DNA of 64,000 nucleotides from Tubiluchus corallicola (Eukaryota > Animalia > Priapulida): the NCBI GenBank assembly GCA_030141605.1, contig JAQGDQ010000012.1, positions 558,001-622,000 on the forward strand, read 5' to 3'. Below the pieces are notes generated by a model, which was given only the letters and a program-made list of their open reading frames with translations, was not told the DNA's origin and made no database searches. The position numbers and the translations under genes were made by a program. The number at the start of each line of letters is the position of its first letter. Within the stretch, counting starts at the first letter, position 1. Below are positions 40,027-54,129 of this stretch, piece after piece.

Positions 40027-43000
40027 CTGCAAGAAAAACAGTAGTTTGCAATTCAGGAATGTGATTAATATGACGATTACTGTACATGTTTTCCCTAAGC
40101 CCAGCGAAAATTATTTAAAGGCAGTCAGGATGAGTTTTATATACTACCCCATTTTCAAGTACGCTGAAAAGTATACATTTTAACGCCAACAATACTGTAA
40201 AATAATAATAATACTGTAAGATAATTAAATAACAGATTAAAATCCTAATTAACGGCGGGCGAGCCCAACTATTAATGACATCGCAACAAACATAATTTTC
40301 AACAGCAAAAATATTCCACGAGCGTGTTGCATGTGAAAGCAAAAATTGACGTACAGTGCTACTGTAAGATATCCAGTGTGTTGTAATGAAACCTGGCAAG
40401 TTTAAAATAGAAATTCAAATTTCATTTTAACTGAACTGAGAGGTACAGCACATATTTATTGTGCAATGCGTTTCCGAAACGGAGGCACTAGTGCCCGTCT
40501 AACTAGCAAATGGCGAAATACATATAACAGCGAAGAACTAGTGGCGCGAACGTGAAATTGTGTTTGTATGGTAACAATTCTTTCACGTATGTCATTTTTG
40601 AAAAAATAGTATGTTTCCTTCCAATATTTTAAAGAGTAGATTGTTTTGATATGCAGTTTAAGATTGAGTCTGGTTTTGCTTTAAATTTCAATAAGAGCTG
40701 TAGGTTGTTCCAAACTAACAAAGTAAACATTTGACCATAATTTACATCACGTGTTTGCAAACAAATATAATTCTTTCTCTGACTAAATGCGGCTTTAAAT
40801 GAGAACTTTTTATCAGAATACCTAACAAACCCGCCTAGTATACTGTCTGTTGAACACATTTTATTGTATTGCGCGCGCGCGTGTGTAAACATTTTAATAA
40901 CGTCGCCTATGTTACTTTTAAATGTCACCCAGCAAGTACATGTACATGTACTACCTATGATTATGTAAATCTTAGTCTAGTAATATAGACTGTCAACAAA
41001 TTACGGGCTGAATTTTCACATCCCTCTTTATTGTTTTTTAAATTTCGTCAAAAGTTTTCCATATTCTGAATTACATTTTAATCGTATTAAAAGTTTTCCT
41101 GTTTCTGTAGGTCAGGTCACTATTACATTTCAAGGTCACCATTGCTTAGAACACCGCCCTGATGTGAAATGTTGAAGTTTTTGTTGTGAAAACGTGCAGA
41201 GAATAATGCTGGTGTTAAACTTTTTGTTTGCAGTTTATTGACATGACCTGTAATTAGAACCCAAGAAAACAGAGTCTAGACAGAATAACATACAGTTTTT
41301 GCGTTTATATAAATACTTCCTATAAAGCACAAACTCACATTAGTGAATTTTAACATTGCTTAGGGCCTTACCTCACCTTACTCCAGCAATTTCAACAAAT
41401 ACAGTTTATTATACCTAAAAGTGGGTTTGGTAATTAGTAAAATGTGTTCTGATTTTTTTAGTGGTTGGTAGTGGTAGTGGCAGTAGTAGAGGTTTGTAAA
41501 GATGCACACCCTATTCTCACATGGGAAGCCCAGAAAACAAACATGCCTCGATTTTGAGAAATAACGAAAGTTGCGCCAACTGTTCAATAAGCTGGATAGA
41601 CTGCAATCACTATAACGAGCGCAATCAATAAATGAACAACATAAAATACAATCAAATCAGAAAAGAAAACAATCTCTCCGTTGAATAAGGTCTTTTACTC
41701 CTCGTGAGTAACAGAGGGTCCATTACAGATTGATTAAGCAGTACGAAACCCAGCACGTGCCGTGGACAAATTGGCTTCAGCTAGTCGGCTTACTTTGATG
41801 AGTTTATTAGCCAAAACTGAATGGCACCCGATCAGATTACGTATTGACAGAGGGAATGATGGGAATAAATGAGAGCGCCTACAGAGACCCAGTGAAGCCT
41901 AGATGTCCTACACGGGAGATAAGCGTTAACTTAAGCTTGAGGGATGGAACTAATGGAGCGTTTAGAGATGTCAGTGGCATGGATGTCCTATGAAGTGGTG
42001 GGCAACGTGGGGATGAGGTATGTGGCAGATGAGAGCATTCGATATGTATAATCGTATACTATGTTAGTACATCCATCTGGCTCAGGTCAGTAAAATTAAA
42101 CAGCGCTACTAACAGACAAGAAAAATTACATATTAGCTCAGCCAAAAGAGCTAATCTTCGTAAAAAGAAAAAAATTCAACATGTTTCTGGGTAAATAAGA
42201 ATATACCGATCGTACATGGGGCTGCTTTGGTATAAGTGAAATAAGTAAACTATTATCATGCGGCATATCTATTATCTTTAATTTTTGTCAACGTATGTAA
42301 GTATGCGAGGCAGCCGAGGCTTCAAATTTTTTCCTATCCCCCTTCTTGTAGACCAGCAATTTTCTTATTATACTTTTCAATTTCCCGTATAAAGTGGGCA
42401 ATCATAGAATTGTTAGTTCGATCTCAGTGTCTGCTGTGAATCTTTCTGTCGCCAGCTTTTCTCGGCCATAGAGTAATTTTCGAATGTAGTAAGTTAATTC
42501 TGGCAAATAAGCGGCAAATTCTGAAAACGGTTAAAATGCAGTAAAGACGGTATAAAATCAACTGTTACTGCGCAGAAATTACCATTCTAGAAGTTAAGAC
42601 TAATGGAAAATGTTTGAGACGGTCATTAAACATTTAAAACTACATTTTCACATTAATGTATCACATTGCGGATCTCGTAAATCTCAGATTGTCTTGACAT
42701 TTCCATGGAACCTGCGCTTCTTTAACCGAGAAGGAAGAGATTAAATTCGTCACCGCAGGGCTAAAGATTTTAACCGACAATTTAAACTCGTGCCGGGTTC
42801 AGGTAAGCACGTGTTACCCGCGATTAAATCTTATGTGTGCATTGTGTAAGTTTGTTGCACTCTTATGGGATGAGATATAAACTCAGATACGAAAGCGTGG
42901 CATTAATTAGCAATGACTTCCAATTTTACGCCATTGTGTTAGCTCGAATAATGAACAGATGAATACTCGCGTCTATGTCGATGAGTTACAAACACAGGTG

Positions 43001-44128
43001 TGATAAGCGCGTCAATTGAAGTGAACGAGTTAAGAAAAACTAGGGAACTTGGTACTAAAATTTATAAACGGATGCAACTTGAGAGTAAATGAAAGACTTA
43101 AACGTACATAACGTTATGTTTATATAATGTATAATGCGCACTATGAAGACTCATTCCCCTCACCAAACAAAAAAGCTACTCAAAAACATCATGTACAAGA
43201 TCTCCTTTGCCTTTTGATAACGTTACTATTTCGTATTACAGGTAAAACAAAAAATAGAGATTAAAACCCAAGAAAATTAGAAAATTTAATTCACCTGTTC
43301 CTTAACCTATATCAAGATATTATGCAACCTTGGCAAAACACATGACCTGTTTCCTTTTCTAAGAATATAGTTGATAAATGTTATTTTAATAATTTAATAT
43401 AATAGCAAATAAATTCTTCTGAACTTGTGCCAGGTAAAAATCATTTGGTCAATCTACAAACGGAGAAAAATCAACTTCAATTTTAAACTTTGGTGTAGAA
43501 TATGTACGGTTATTTAATTTCGTTATACCAAGGAGGTCAAAAACCGGACGCTGAAATGAAGTAATACCAGCAGCTTAAATACAGAAAGATCGGGCGGAGC
43601 AAGGTGGAGGAACTTCATGTAGAAGGACAAGCTCTGTGATATTTGCTGAGATCCTGCCAAATTTAATCTGCGACAGGATTAGCTAGCAATTAATAACGGC
43701 TCTGAACTGGTTAGGCACAGAAGTGGTTAGGCACAGAAGAGATTTAATATGTACAGCATTTTCAGCTACGCACTGCAACAGGTAAGAGCGCGCACAGGTT
43801 TTAAATTCGATTTTTTCACAAGACTACTTCATAACAAAAGGTATCAAATTTTTTAAAATTTGCATTATTCAGCAACAATAACAGCATAAATAAAAACAAC
43901 ATATAAAACATGTTTTAAAATGACTGAGGGTTATTTTTCTTTTTAATACAAACTACAAACTGAAGTAAGTACAGAATCTACAACAAGGATTAATGAAGGA
44001 GCAACTTTTTGAATTGGACAGAATGAAATTAATTTCTACATTTCCAATACAGGGATTTAGACTTTTAGCAGTCGTTACCTATTATAAGGAATTGAATGAC
44101 CGGAACCTAACTGATAGAATGACATGTA

Positions 44129-44962
44129 GGTAAAAATGATACAGGAAAAATGGCATAGGAAAAAATGAGACAAATGTAAAAATAAGATAAATGGCTCACA
44201 TGTTATTTTGATGAAAATAATTTCTATAAAGAAACTAGAAAGCGCTTAGCAGGAAGCAGATCTCCGCCAAGGTTAAGAGATCCTTAAACATGTTCTTCTG
44301 ATTCTTTTTATCGAAAACGAATCGATAACTTTTTATTCCACACACTGTTCGTCTGCATTTCTTTAACCATTTGACGACAGTAATAAGCTATCAAATATAC
44401 GTATTTTCATACTAATACAGCTTATAGGGCTACACGGTTTCCACGCGAGAACTTCTCGAAATGGAACCTGGAACTAACTCGTAGTTGTTTGTCTTAGCGG
44501 AAATAATAAAAACGAATTACACTTTCTTGCAGCCAAGCCCTCCTCATTCCAAAGACCTATAAAAATCCCCTTGAGGGCCTCTACGAAGTACTTCATGAAT
44601 GTCTTTGTACGTGGTGTTCTATCAAGTTTTGTAAAAAAACAACGAGCCAAAAATGCCCACTTCGGCAGTTTTTACCCCCCCCCCCCCCGAAGTATCTGCG
44701 TCAAAATACATCTTTCTTGTCTCCTATTCACCTTCTCCATGCACGTGGAAATCTGTTCGGTACTTTTTGCGTAATAGGCTCACTGATAGAGATGTAACAG
44801 ACAAAAACAAACAAACAGCGTTAACGCATAACTTCCCTGATAGAGGTAAAAATAACTAATATAATTATCCCCTACAGTAACCCTAACACAAACTCATGTT
44901 TTGTCCCATTTTTCCTACTTTCCCATTTGTGCCCTTTTTTCGTGCCATTTTTACCGTGCACC
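44129..44962. mobile_element. Foldback/MITE-like element with modular inverted arms, interrupted by a HINE-like insertion
   Basis: Left arm GGTAAAAATGATACAGGAAAAATGGCA...; right arm ...TGTCCCATTTTTCC...GTGCCATTTTTACC (reverse complement of the same modules). Confidence 0.55.
44233..44849. mobile_element. HINE/DINE-1-like non-autonomous element (Helentron-associated)
   Basis: AACTAG terminus followed by CTCCGCCAAGG; other end has (CAAA)n microsatellite then ATAACTTCCCTGATAGAGGTAA (degenerate inverted partner); A-runs on both flanks. Confidence 0.6.
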
Positions 44963-47900
44963 GATGAAACGTGCCAAGGAAGCTCTTTACTTTTTGCAAA
45001 ATATTATGTACTTATGTTGAGCGCTTTCGAGACCGACCATGGACCTTCAATTTCGCCAGTTACACACCAAATTACAAGTTGAAGAATTTAGTGTTTCTCA
45101 GTTTAAGGAAGAATGCGTTTGTAGGTGCAGGTGGTCTACCAGCACAAACTTTGTCACGGGTGGCTTACGCAAGACTAAGTACATTTTTCTGACGAAACAT
45201 TTTGACGAGACGCTGCAAAAGGCTACTGAACTCTTTTTTGGTAATTTTTGTAGGTAAGAAATCAGCCATTCCAGCAAACAAACCAATAAATACCAAACGC
45301 TGTAAACGCTCCTCGCAAAATCAACTATACTAGCTCTCTCAAAATTTATAAACACGTAAACGCGAAGACGTAATTTAGTTCAGCGAGGTGTCGAATTATT
45401 GGTAAAACACTTTAACCAACAGGAAGCTGCAAAGAAAACCCGTCACTCCGGAGAAGTCAATTTTTGGAACAGCTGCTGCTGACAACAGACAGACGTACGC
45501 GGATATTCTTGAACTACTAGATAATCAGTGTTTAACTACATCGTAAATCAAACTTGATACTGATGCATATAATGAAATTCACCAGTAGTAGTAGGACTCG
45601 AAAGAAGCTTTACGGCAACACAACGTCATTTGATGCAGAGGAGGCGCACAAGATGAACTGATGACTACCAAACATCTCCCGCAACGAAAAATTTCACTTA
45701 TACACAGCATGTATGTATATTTAGATGTACTTTAGTATTAAAAGTTGGGTACTGTGACAAGTTGTTACCGCTTACAGATATATAACTATAACAGATATAA
45801 AATATTTTTGATCTTTTAATTATACAACATTTTTATGAGCACCGGTATTCAATGCTTAATGCAAAGGACCGAGTGTCTTTATAATGTACATACATATAGA
45901 CTATTGTGAAAGCGACGCTCTCAATGTATATGTTTTCGATTTTGAGTAAAAGTGTTGGCTCTTACCGTAAACTCAGCTATGCTATTTGATAATATAAAAA
46001 ATATACGCTAAAGGCCATGTGATCTGGCTGTACTTTATATTTTCTATTATGTTCTAATTCGAAAACAAATTTGCACATTAGAGTATGCAGCCTTACAAAA
46101 TTTAACAAATTATTCAAGTGCCTGGGCAAGGTAACCAAAGGTTGCACACGCAACGTGCCAGTGATAAATAGTGAAAACATGACCATAAAACTATAATCGT
46201 TTCAGCTCTTCAGTTGACCATGAAGTAATGAACACAACGAATGTTAACAGACGCAAAGCGTCAATGTCATTTATCTTCTAGGCAGGACAAAGTAACGAAA
46301 AAGAAGCTGCAAAAATGCCGATTCTTGCTCAGATGCCAGTCAATAGATGTCATTTCTGTTTCCGCTTCACACCACAGAGCAGAGATGAAAGCGTCACAGA
46401 GTTCAGCACATCATTAATTATCTTTCAAAAGAACCACGTAAAGGCCAAACGATAGTAAACGCACAGTAATCGAAAGTGCTCACAGAGACACAGCCATGCT
46501 ACCAAATAGACTTGGGTTACTTGGGTTGTTGCTTACTTTTCCAATAAAACTTTACTGGAAACCTGAATGCAAAATGACGATGTGAATAGAAATACAACTG
46601 CTACTTAAAGGCCCATTAATACTTGTCTGGATTTGCAACTGCAATTCATGAGCGGTCAAGCCAAGGATATTCAGAGTTGGAAGAGGACACTGAAGATCAC
46701 TGGGTATTTTATTGGAGAAGGAAATGCCTAAACGTCGCGACCGAAATGTTGAACAACAGTTGATGTTTATCTTCAAGAAGTTTACCACGTACAGCGCTTA
46801 TAAATATCAATTTTGAGCAATTCCACTGCTGAAATAATAATAGCTCACTCAGCTGCAAAACCCACAGGGTTAGCTACACCTGACATTTCTATTGTTTCCA
46901 ATGTAGATTAACTCACACAAAAGCACCTTTTAGGTGAACAAATGACATTCTGAACTTCTAATCACCACGCTTCGTACAGTTTCCTTTCCTCGCACGATAA
47001 GCCGCCCAAAGGCCACAAAGTGGAAACTGTTTGGCACAAAAGACATCTGTAGAGCAAATATTATTGGAATATTACCAAAGAGGGCTTTGGTTGCTCTTTT
47101 ATTAGTTTAAAAACAAGTTGCGGGCAGGAGGGAAGGAGGTTTTGCGTCAGACAATGAAAATATTCACTAACCGTTGAGCTTCAGCTGAAAAAAAGTTGTA
47201 ATTCTAAGTTAACAAAAACAGCTAATCAAAGTAAATCAGCACAACAATAGTAATATAATTATAGCGGGTGTGTGATATAAGTACCCTTATCCTGTACAGA
47301 TTTGACAGAATTGAGCGTGACAAAGCAAAAGCATAATGGCCGTCCTAGATTCATATTCTTAAGACTCTTTGTAATAACCTTTGTGATGTTTTCCAATAGA
47401 AAATAGCACATAGACTGAGTTTTTGTTCCAGCTGATATTAATGTAATTATCTAAAGAGACTATAATATCCATTTGCTTTCACTGAATTAACCCGCTCAAT
47501 TTTCGTAATCAAAGCAATAGATAACCAGTTGAGGTTATTAATGGAGACACGGTTTAATAGTATTTAAGTGGAGTAGGCAAGAGTTATTAGGAAGCGCGTT
47601 ACACATTCGACAAGACAATCACGAGTGGACAATTAAATCCCAAAATTCAGTTATGTATGGTAACTGCCGACAACTGCAAGCCAATTGGATTGAAATTTTG
47701 GATGAAATTATGGTTAATTCTCCCAGGATAACGGATTTAATCATGCATAATTGGTGTATAGACAAGATCATAACAATTTTATGACAAGCCTGTCAGTTTA
47801 CGAGTGTGTACCATATGGCGATGCTTGCGTGCGGCTTGGCTGACATACGGGAATGTAAATGTGGGCTTCATTGCGGCACTCTTTACGTATCCTGTGTCAA

Positions 47901-50900
47901 CACACAGTCAACTGACACCATCCTGTTCCAAAGCGTTTGATCATTATCTACCCTACCCATCCTCAAGCAAAGAGTTAAAGACTCAAAACAGCAGTTAAAT
48001 TTCCACAAAAGCACGTGTTATCTCAAACGGCAAAACAAAACCTTCCAAGAACATCAGTTTATTCAGTGTCGCCTCCATATATTAGTCGCGGGCGAGTAAC
48101 GTGTACTCAGGTGAAAAACCCATCGATCACTACCAGACGACACCTGTTTCTTTCCGCCAAAGGAAAAGGTTTGTGTGAGAGACACCCGCTTTTCATAATT
48201 AGATGCAGTAAATTATGGGTCGTCTAATAATTAGTGTCACACGCGTCTAGCCTAGCTTAACGTTTATCCCACCCACATTCTTCCTTCCTATGGGAATTGG
48301 TTATTACTGACCCTTCAAGGAATGGTCATCGAAAAATACAGAGTAAATTCAATGTAATCCGGAAAAATAGCAAAGGCCTAGGACGCATTTATGCTAATGA
48401 TTGAATGGTTTATTTACTGACTGAGTTACTAACTAATTTCTTTATTAACGTGACAAGACAGTGAAGTCACAGTCACACAGACTTATTCTACCTTATTACG
48501 AACATTCATTCGCAAAGGAGCAAGGGCTGGTCGACGTAGCCTGGCACTTTGGCGCGTAAGTAACGTAACGGAATTACTTGCGAGAGTTTGTTGAAGGTGT
48601 GGTCAATTCAACTGTAGACTAGCAAACTTTCTCGCAACGGTCTAAAACAATTCTATAAGGCTTACATTTACGCCGTTTATGTTTCATTATGACAACGTTG
48701 CAAAGCATACACGACTGTTATACAGACCACTACGTAGAAGAACGCGCAATATTGACACTCCTTATTCTGAGTGATGCAGTTACAAGGTGCTATAGGTTTC
48801 AGCGTACTACTGCCAAAGTCGCTTACACGTGTATATCTGAGCGGCATAAAAAAACAATACGAAATCACTGCTACCGTAGTGGAAGCTACAGAACAGGCTA
48901 CCGAAAATGACCTCTAAATTTCAGTCAAAAGCTCGCCTCCCCTTTTAGGAAGAAAGTTGTCAGTAGGTCACTGTGTTTAGGGCGTTAATAAACTTAACTC
49001 CTACATGTAAATTAAGTTTACTAGTCTAGCCATGTATAACGTTGCTGTAAATAAGTACATGCGGAATTACGTGGGATAGAGTGAACTGAAACGAACATGA
49101 AATTCACTGAAAGCAAGATATTGGAATTCGTCAATGTCACTCTAAATGCACTGATCGTCATGTGAATTTGTTTAGTGTCTTACAAACTACTTGGGTGTGA
49201 GGCAAAGCAAGGGAGCAATAAAATAACCACTCAGCCAACAAGCAACCAATCGCACCTAACACATTCAGCCAACCCAACCAACCAACAACTAGCCAACTAC
49301 CCAGCAATCCATATTCCATGCCGATAGTAGCTTTACTCCAAAACACATGTAGCATACTTTACTTGAATCATCAAACAATAAGCTCATTATCGCTGCACAA
49401 GCAGCGCACCTTGTTTAGATCCAGCGGACAAACAGGGTCAGGCTAAGCAAATGAACTACACAGAATAAGGATGCACATTCAAATCGACTGTAATACTGAT
49501 TGTTCTCAAAATTATTAAAGCGAAGACGATTCAGCCACTGCCAATGACCGTTTGCATTTTGATGGCAAACATTTTTAAAGACACAGTACAAGGTTACATA
49601 AACGAACTAGCAACTTTGACATCACATCCTGGATGCTGAGGTTGTCAACAGTACCCAACAGACGTAACACTCATAAAGCTTTTGGTCACAGAGAACAGTT
49701 GTCACATGTCCGCATCCTTTGGGCGCAAAGATAAAAAATAGAAGATGACGATAGTAATTTCTATTTATCCATTTATACTACGACCTACGAGAGGCTCTAT
49801 TTGCGGGCAAAAGTATAAATGTGGGCTTGAATTCAGTAAGAATAGTAAGTGCTCAGATTTTCGTCTTGCTTCTCTTTGTCGCCATTAACCTAGTTTTTTA
49901 AAAAGGAAGAAAACAGGATTTTAAAGTTTATCCCAAAGAATTTTACATACAAAGTTATATTGCTTAACATTACACTAACCTGTTGTAAAGACTTATACAA
50001 TTGGAAAAGAAAATTCTTAATAATTTAAAATATTCACGCTACCTGGTAAAAGTGGCACAGCATTGTGCACCACTGATCACCAAAAAACACATTGGATTTT
50101 ATTGACAATATAAAGTAACTTTTGCTTAGTTAGTGAAGAGTCTGCTAAGAATGGTCCGACTATTTCTTCAAACTTTACACAATGTTGTCTAAATTGGTTT
50201 CAAACGACTTAGCGTTAAAATGGTTGCGCCTAACAGTTACGTTCGGAGTTTAAATTTACAAGTTTAAATCGACAATTTTTAAGGTTTATTTACGGAGTGT
50301 TTTCTTGTGCTTCAGATTAATGTTTGTTAGAAAATAATTATATCCGGAAGAATTTCTATGCAATAAATCCTGAAATTGTACACTTATTCGTGCACTTTTT
50401 TGACCAATGAAGTTACGCTATGTTAAATCGCGTTTCGTTGCGCTATGCAACGTTAATTTGCATATAGGTCCTTACGTCGATGCACAGTATGATAGATGTC
50501 GTCGTGTCACTGAAATGCGTACAATAATCAATTTAAAAAACTAAGAAAAACCAGCTCAAGAAGGGTTTTTCACGGCGTCAACACACAGCTATTAGGTTTG
50601 GTTTCTGAATGCATAATTGCGGACGACCACCTATTGTGTTGTCGCAGCAGGCAATTCTTTCCGAACCGACGGCTGTTTTTTTAACCGTGGCATGACTCAC
50701 CAGGACAGGATAGGTTCGCCGACGTACCGCTGTGGATATATTGGTTTCCGTGACATGTTTGATAAACACGACTATGTCGGATAGCTTTAATATCATTCCT
50801 ATCAACACAGACGGTGATGGGCTTAAAACAAACATAAACCGACACCATAAGTAGACTACATATATTCGAGATCATTCCCCCAAAGCAATGAAAGCATCAC

Positions 50901-52226
50901 GGTTAACATTTTTCCTAGCTTGTGCTATGCAGATAAATTTATACGCTACCAAAAACAGCTTATATAAAAAGTCCCAATGTAATAAGCAAACGGCAAAACT
51001 TGAACGTCTAAAAGTAGGTATGTAGATAAACTTTTCAGGCATTTACTGATTACAATAAAAAATCAAAATTCAGAGCACATATAATACACCTAAACAGGAG
51101 CGTACATTTTACGATACGCCCCACCTCCAGAATCAGATATTACAATCAAATAACTCTGAACATAATTATATTAACACATGTACAAGCATATAAACGCACG
51201 CACGCACACACATACATATGCATTAACTATATATATGTATTACGCCTTTACCAGTTTATATTACGTAAAATAGATAGCATTATAAAAAATAATCCGCAGA
51301 TTTTTCTACACTCAAACTTTAATAATAAAAACAGAAATCCCGATTTATCATATATCCTCAATTTTCTGTTTTTTCTGGTCTCGAAAATTAAATAACTGCG
51401 GATTCACCATTATGAGCATTACATTTGTACTGTACAAAAATTACCTCCTATCAAAGTTAAGTACACTGCAGCTCTATGATTTGATTGATTTTCCTTAAAA
51501 ACACTTAATGCAGATGGTCTCGTTAGTACATGCGGTTACACTGTACAAGTCAAGGAAGAAAAACAATTTTAAAGAAAGAGCAAATAAAATGTTCAGTTCA
51601 ATAGCAAAATGAACTGGTGTGAATTACTTGGGTATTACCATTATCAGCAGTTATGAATGACGGTTCTTTAGGTCAGTATGAAAAGCTTATACTTAATTAG
51701 TAATAAATACGGAAACGCCAAATGTAAACGGAAAATGAATGGATATTGGATAAGGTATAGATCTTGTGATCTGTTATCTCATGCTTAACCGACTGAACAA
51801 ACTGCAGTTGTAAAATCAAAAATAATTCTATCTTGATATTTTGTTGTGAATTTAGTGCTCTTCTCAGAATTTTTACCTACAAGGTAGTGTAGGCAGGTAA
51901 GTCTTTGTAGCAATTCGATTGTAAGAGAATATAAATTACTAATGATTATAAACTGTTTTATATTATTCAGAGGGTAACCAACTGCTAACAACATCATGCG
52001 GTTATGCTTATGGTATAGGACATTATTTTCGAAGCCACAAATAGCTCAAGGGCTAAATGGATGGGGGTGGTCATAAATAGTTTTTTCACAAAGAAAAAAC
52101 ACGCAAAACGCATCTGCTTCTTAAATTATCATTATTAGCAGGCAAACACTAAACAGATTGGCCCATGATCAATCAAGCGCGCAAATAATGTGATGAGTTC
52201 CCTGGTTTATGAATTTATGGCCGCCA

Positions 52227-52362
52227 TCATATGGCCTTTTCGTTTTAACAGTTTGTTGAAATATTGGGCGGGCGTTATACAATTTTACAGCAAGCACTAT
52301 TCATATGGCGTTTTCGTTTAAACAGTTTGTTGAAATACTGTGCGAGCATTACACACTATACA
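52227..52362. repeat. Diverged 74-bp-period tandem duplication
   Basis: TCATATGGCSTTTTCGTTTWAACAGTTTGTTGAAATA at 52227 and 52301. Confidence 0.8.
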
Positions 52363-52624
52363 AAAGGTACTATACTATATTCAATTATTCATCTGTAATT
52401 ACAGCATGAGTATATTTGTAAATGTTACAGGGACCATCGCTTCAATACATTTTTAAAAATGCAATTTTGTAAATGACATTTTTCACAATATGCATTCCTT
52501 AACACATACTTTTTAAAACAAAGTCCAGAACCTAATCAGAGCCAACTGAATACGCGCCACTAAACAACAATCTTAATCTAATCAAAACGAGACATTCGAA
52601 ATGAATTGAGGTCAGAGCAAATAT

Positions 52625-53188
52625 TTTGTTGTTGTTGGCATCCTTCTGTCTCGGAAGACAATGGAGTGTGCGCCAATAGAATCAGTTATTGATCACATTG
52701 ATGGAGCTGCAGCGTCGACTGTGGCTGAGCAGTCCGATCCTTGAACCACTGGTGGCCTCTCCAGGGCGCACGCCTGGGCAAGGGTGTATGGAGATCCTGA
52801 GTTACCCAGACAACAGGAACCCCCTCTCTTCCTACCTGGTGTAGTCCAAAGGAAAGCGGAGCGATACGTTTGGCACCAGGTTGGCTACAGGAGCTGCCGG
52901 AGTCAGTGAGCATGCTGCACTGGTCCGCCTTCGGGGCTCCAGTCCTGACTTGGAAGGTTTACTCCTCTACACATGGCCGTTGGGTCACTTGACCTCCTCC
53001 GCCCTCTAGCCGTTGGCTGCTTGTGCAGCACCTCCGCCTAGTGTCGAGATACAGTGTGGGCATCCCACAATCCTACAGCACCTGGTATTCCTAGACGGTC
53101 ACCCATCCAAGTACTAACCAGGCTCTACGTTGCTTAACTTCGGTGATCAGACGAGAAACCGGTGTTTTCAACGTGATATGGCCGTAGT
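52625..53188 (-). mobile_element. Candidate 5S rRNA-derived SINE (SINE3) with RTE-LINE-derived body and tail
   Basis: 5S head (53071-53188), GC-rich body, RTE ORF C-terminus SRIGLLSHSRRC...stop (52682-52744), tail CTCCATTGTCTTCCGAGACAGAAGGATGC(CAA)n, degenerate TSD AGAGCAAATAT/AGAGTGAATAT. Confidence 0.8.
53071..53188 (-). rRNA. Essentially full-length 5S rRNA sequence (SINE head or pseudogene rather than a functional 5S gene)
   Basis: CTACGGCCATATCACGTTGAAAACACCGGTTTCTCGTCTGATCACCGAAGTTAAGCAACGTAGAGCCTGGTTAGTACTTGGATGGGTGACCGTCTAGGAATACCAGGTGCTGTAGG; box A and box C intact; no oligo-T terminator. Confidence 0.9.
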
Positions 53189-54129
53189 AGAGTGAATATG
53201 AGCACCTATTATTTTTACAGTACACAGTACAGTTACAGTAAGATTGGTGCTGAGATTGCCAACTGAGGCCAAAGAAGTTCCTGTACACACTTATGCTTGC
53301 TTCCCTTAGCTAGGACACAATTAGACCTTATGAGCAATTCAAGGATGCTGACAAACAATATTGAGTAATAAGTAAGTATAGTCTGTTCATTCATTGACAA
53401 GGCAAAAAACGGCTTCATCGTTTGTGGCAGATAGCACGCTATCGTACTAGCTTCCGACAAGGCACCACATGTAGAATAGCGCGAACCGAATGCTCTCACC
53501 CATCATCTATCATCTCCAAGCCACACGTGGCACAAAGAGTTAAATATAACCTGCCGCCTCACAGACGAAAATCGTAATTCACTTTGAATCACTTGCAGAA
53601 ATGCAGACGCAGACAAGTTTCCTCGTCTTTCCCGATGGTAAATCCCGCTACTGTTACAGATGTCTAGATCCCAAGGGATGGTTGAAATCTGCACTAACTC
53701 TTAACTTTATACCCGTAAACTCATTACAGTAGCTAAAGAGATGATGGGCCGCCATAAAATTACGAATTTACAACGCGATCCTCTTAAACTTGCAGATTTT
53801 AAGTAGTGATCATACAAACGCTCCACAAAATCGTTAAAGCAATATGTGTGAAATGAACACAAACGACAATTGAATTGCTGAGAAAAGTTTACAGAGAAAT
53901 TTCAATTATCAAGTAAGTTTAGAAAAAAATCTCAACTGAAATTTAATATATGAACATTAATTTAACAAGAATTGACAACGTTTCTGACGTGGTTATTGGT
54001 CAGAACAGAAGATTTTGCAAACTGCAAAACGCACAAATTACCGTTACAGGAATAGGTTTTGAAAAGACATCAGCCTTTTCATTGAATTCGTAATGCGTGA
54101 ATACCTAGGAACTGTACTTTGCAATGAGA

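Noticed and set aside
45658-45689. CTGATGA...GAAA as a hammerhead ribozyme core
   Set aside because: The intervening sequence does not form stem II and flanking stems are not evident
53071-53188. Functional stand-alone 5S rRNA gene
   Set aside because: Single copy, altered 5' end, an extra T, no T-run terminator, and fused to RTE-derived sequence inside a TSD
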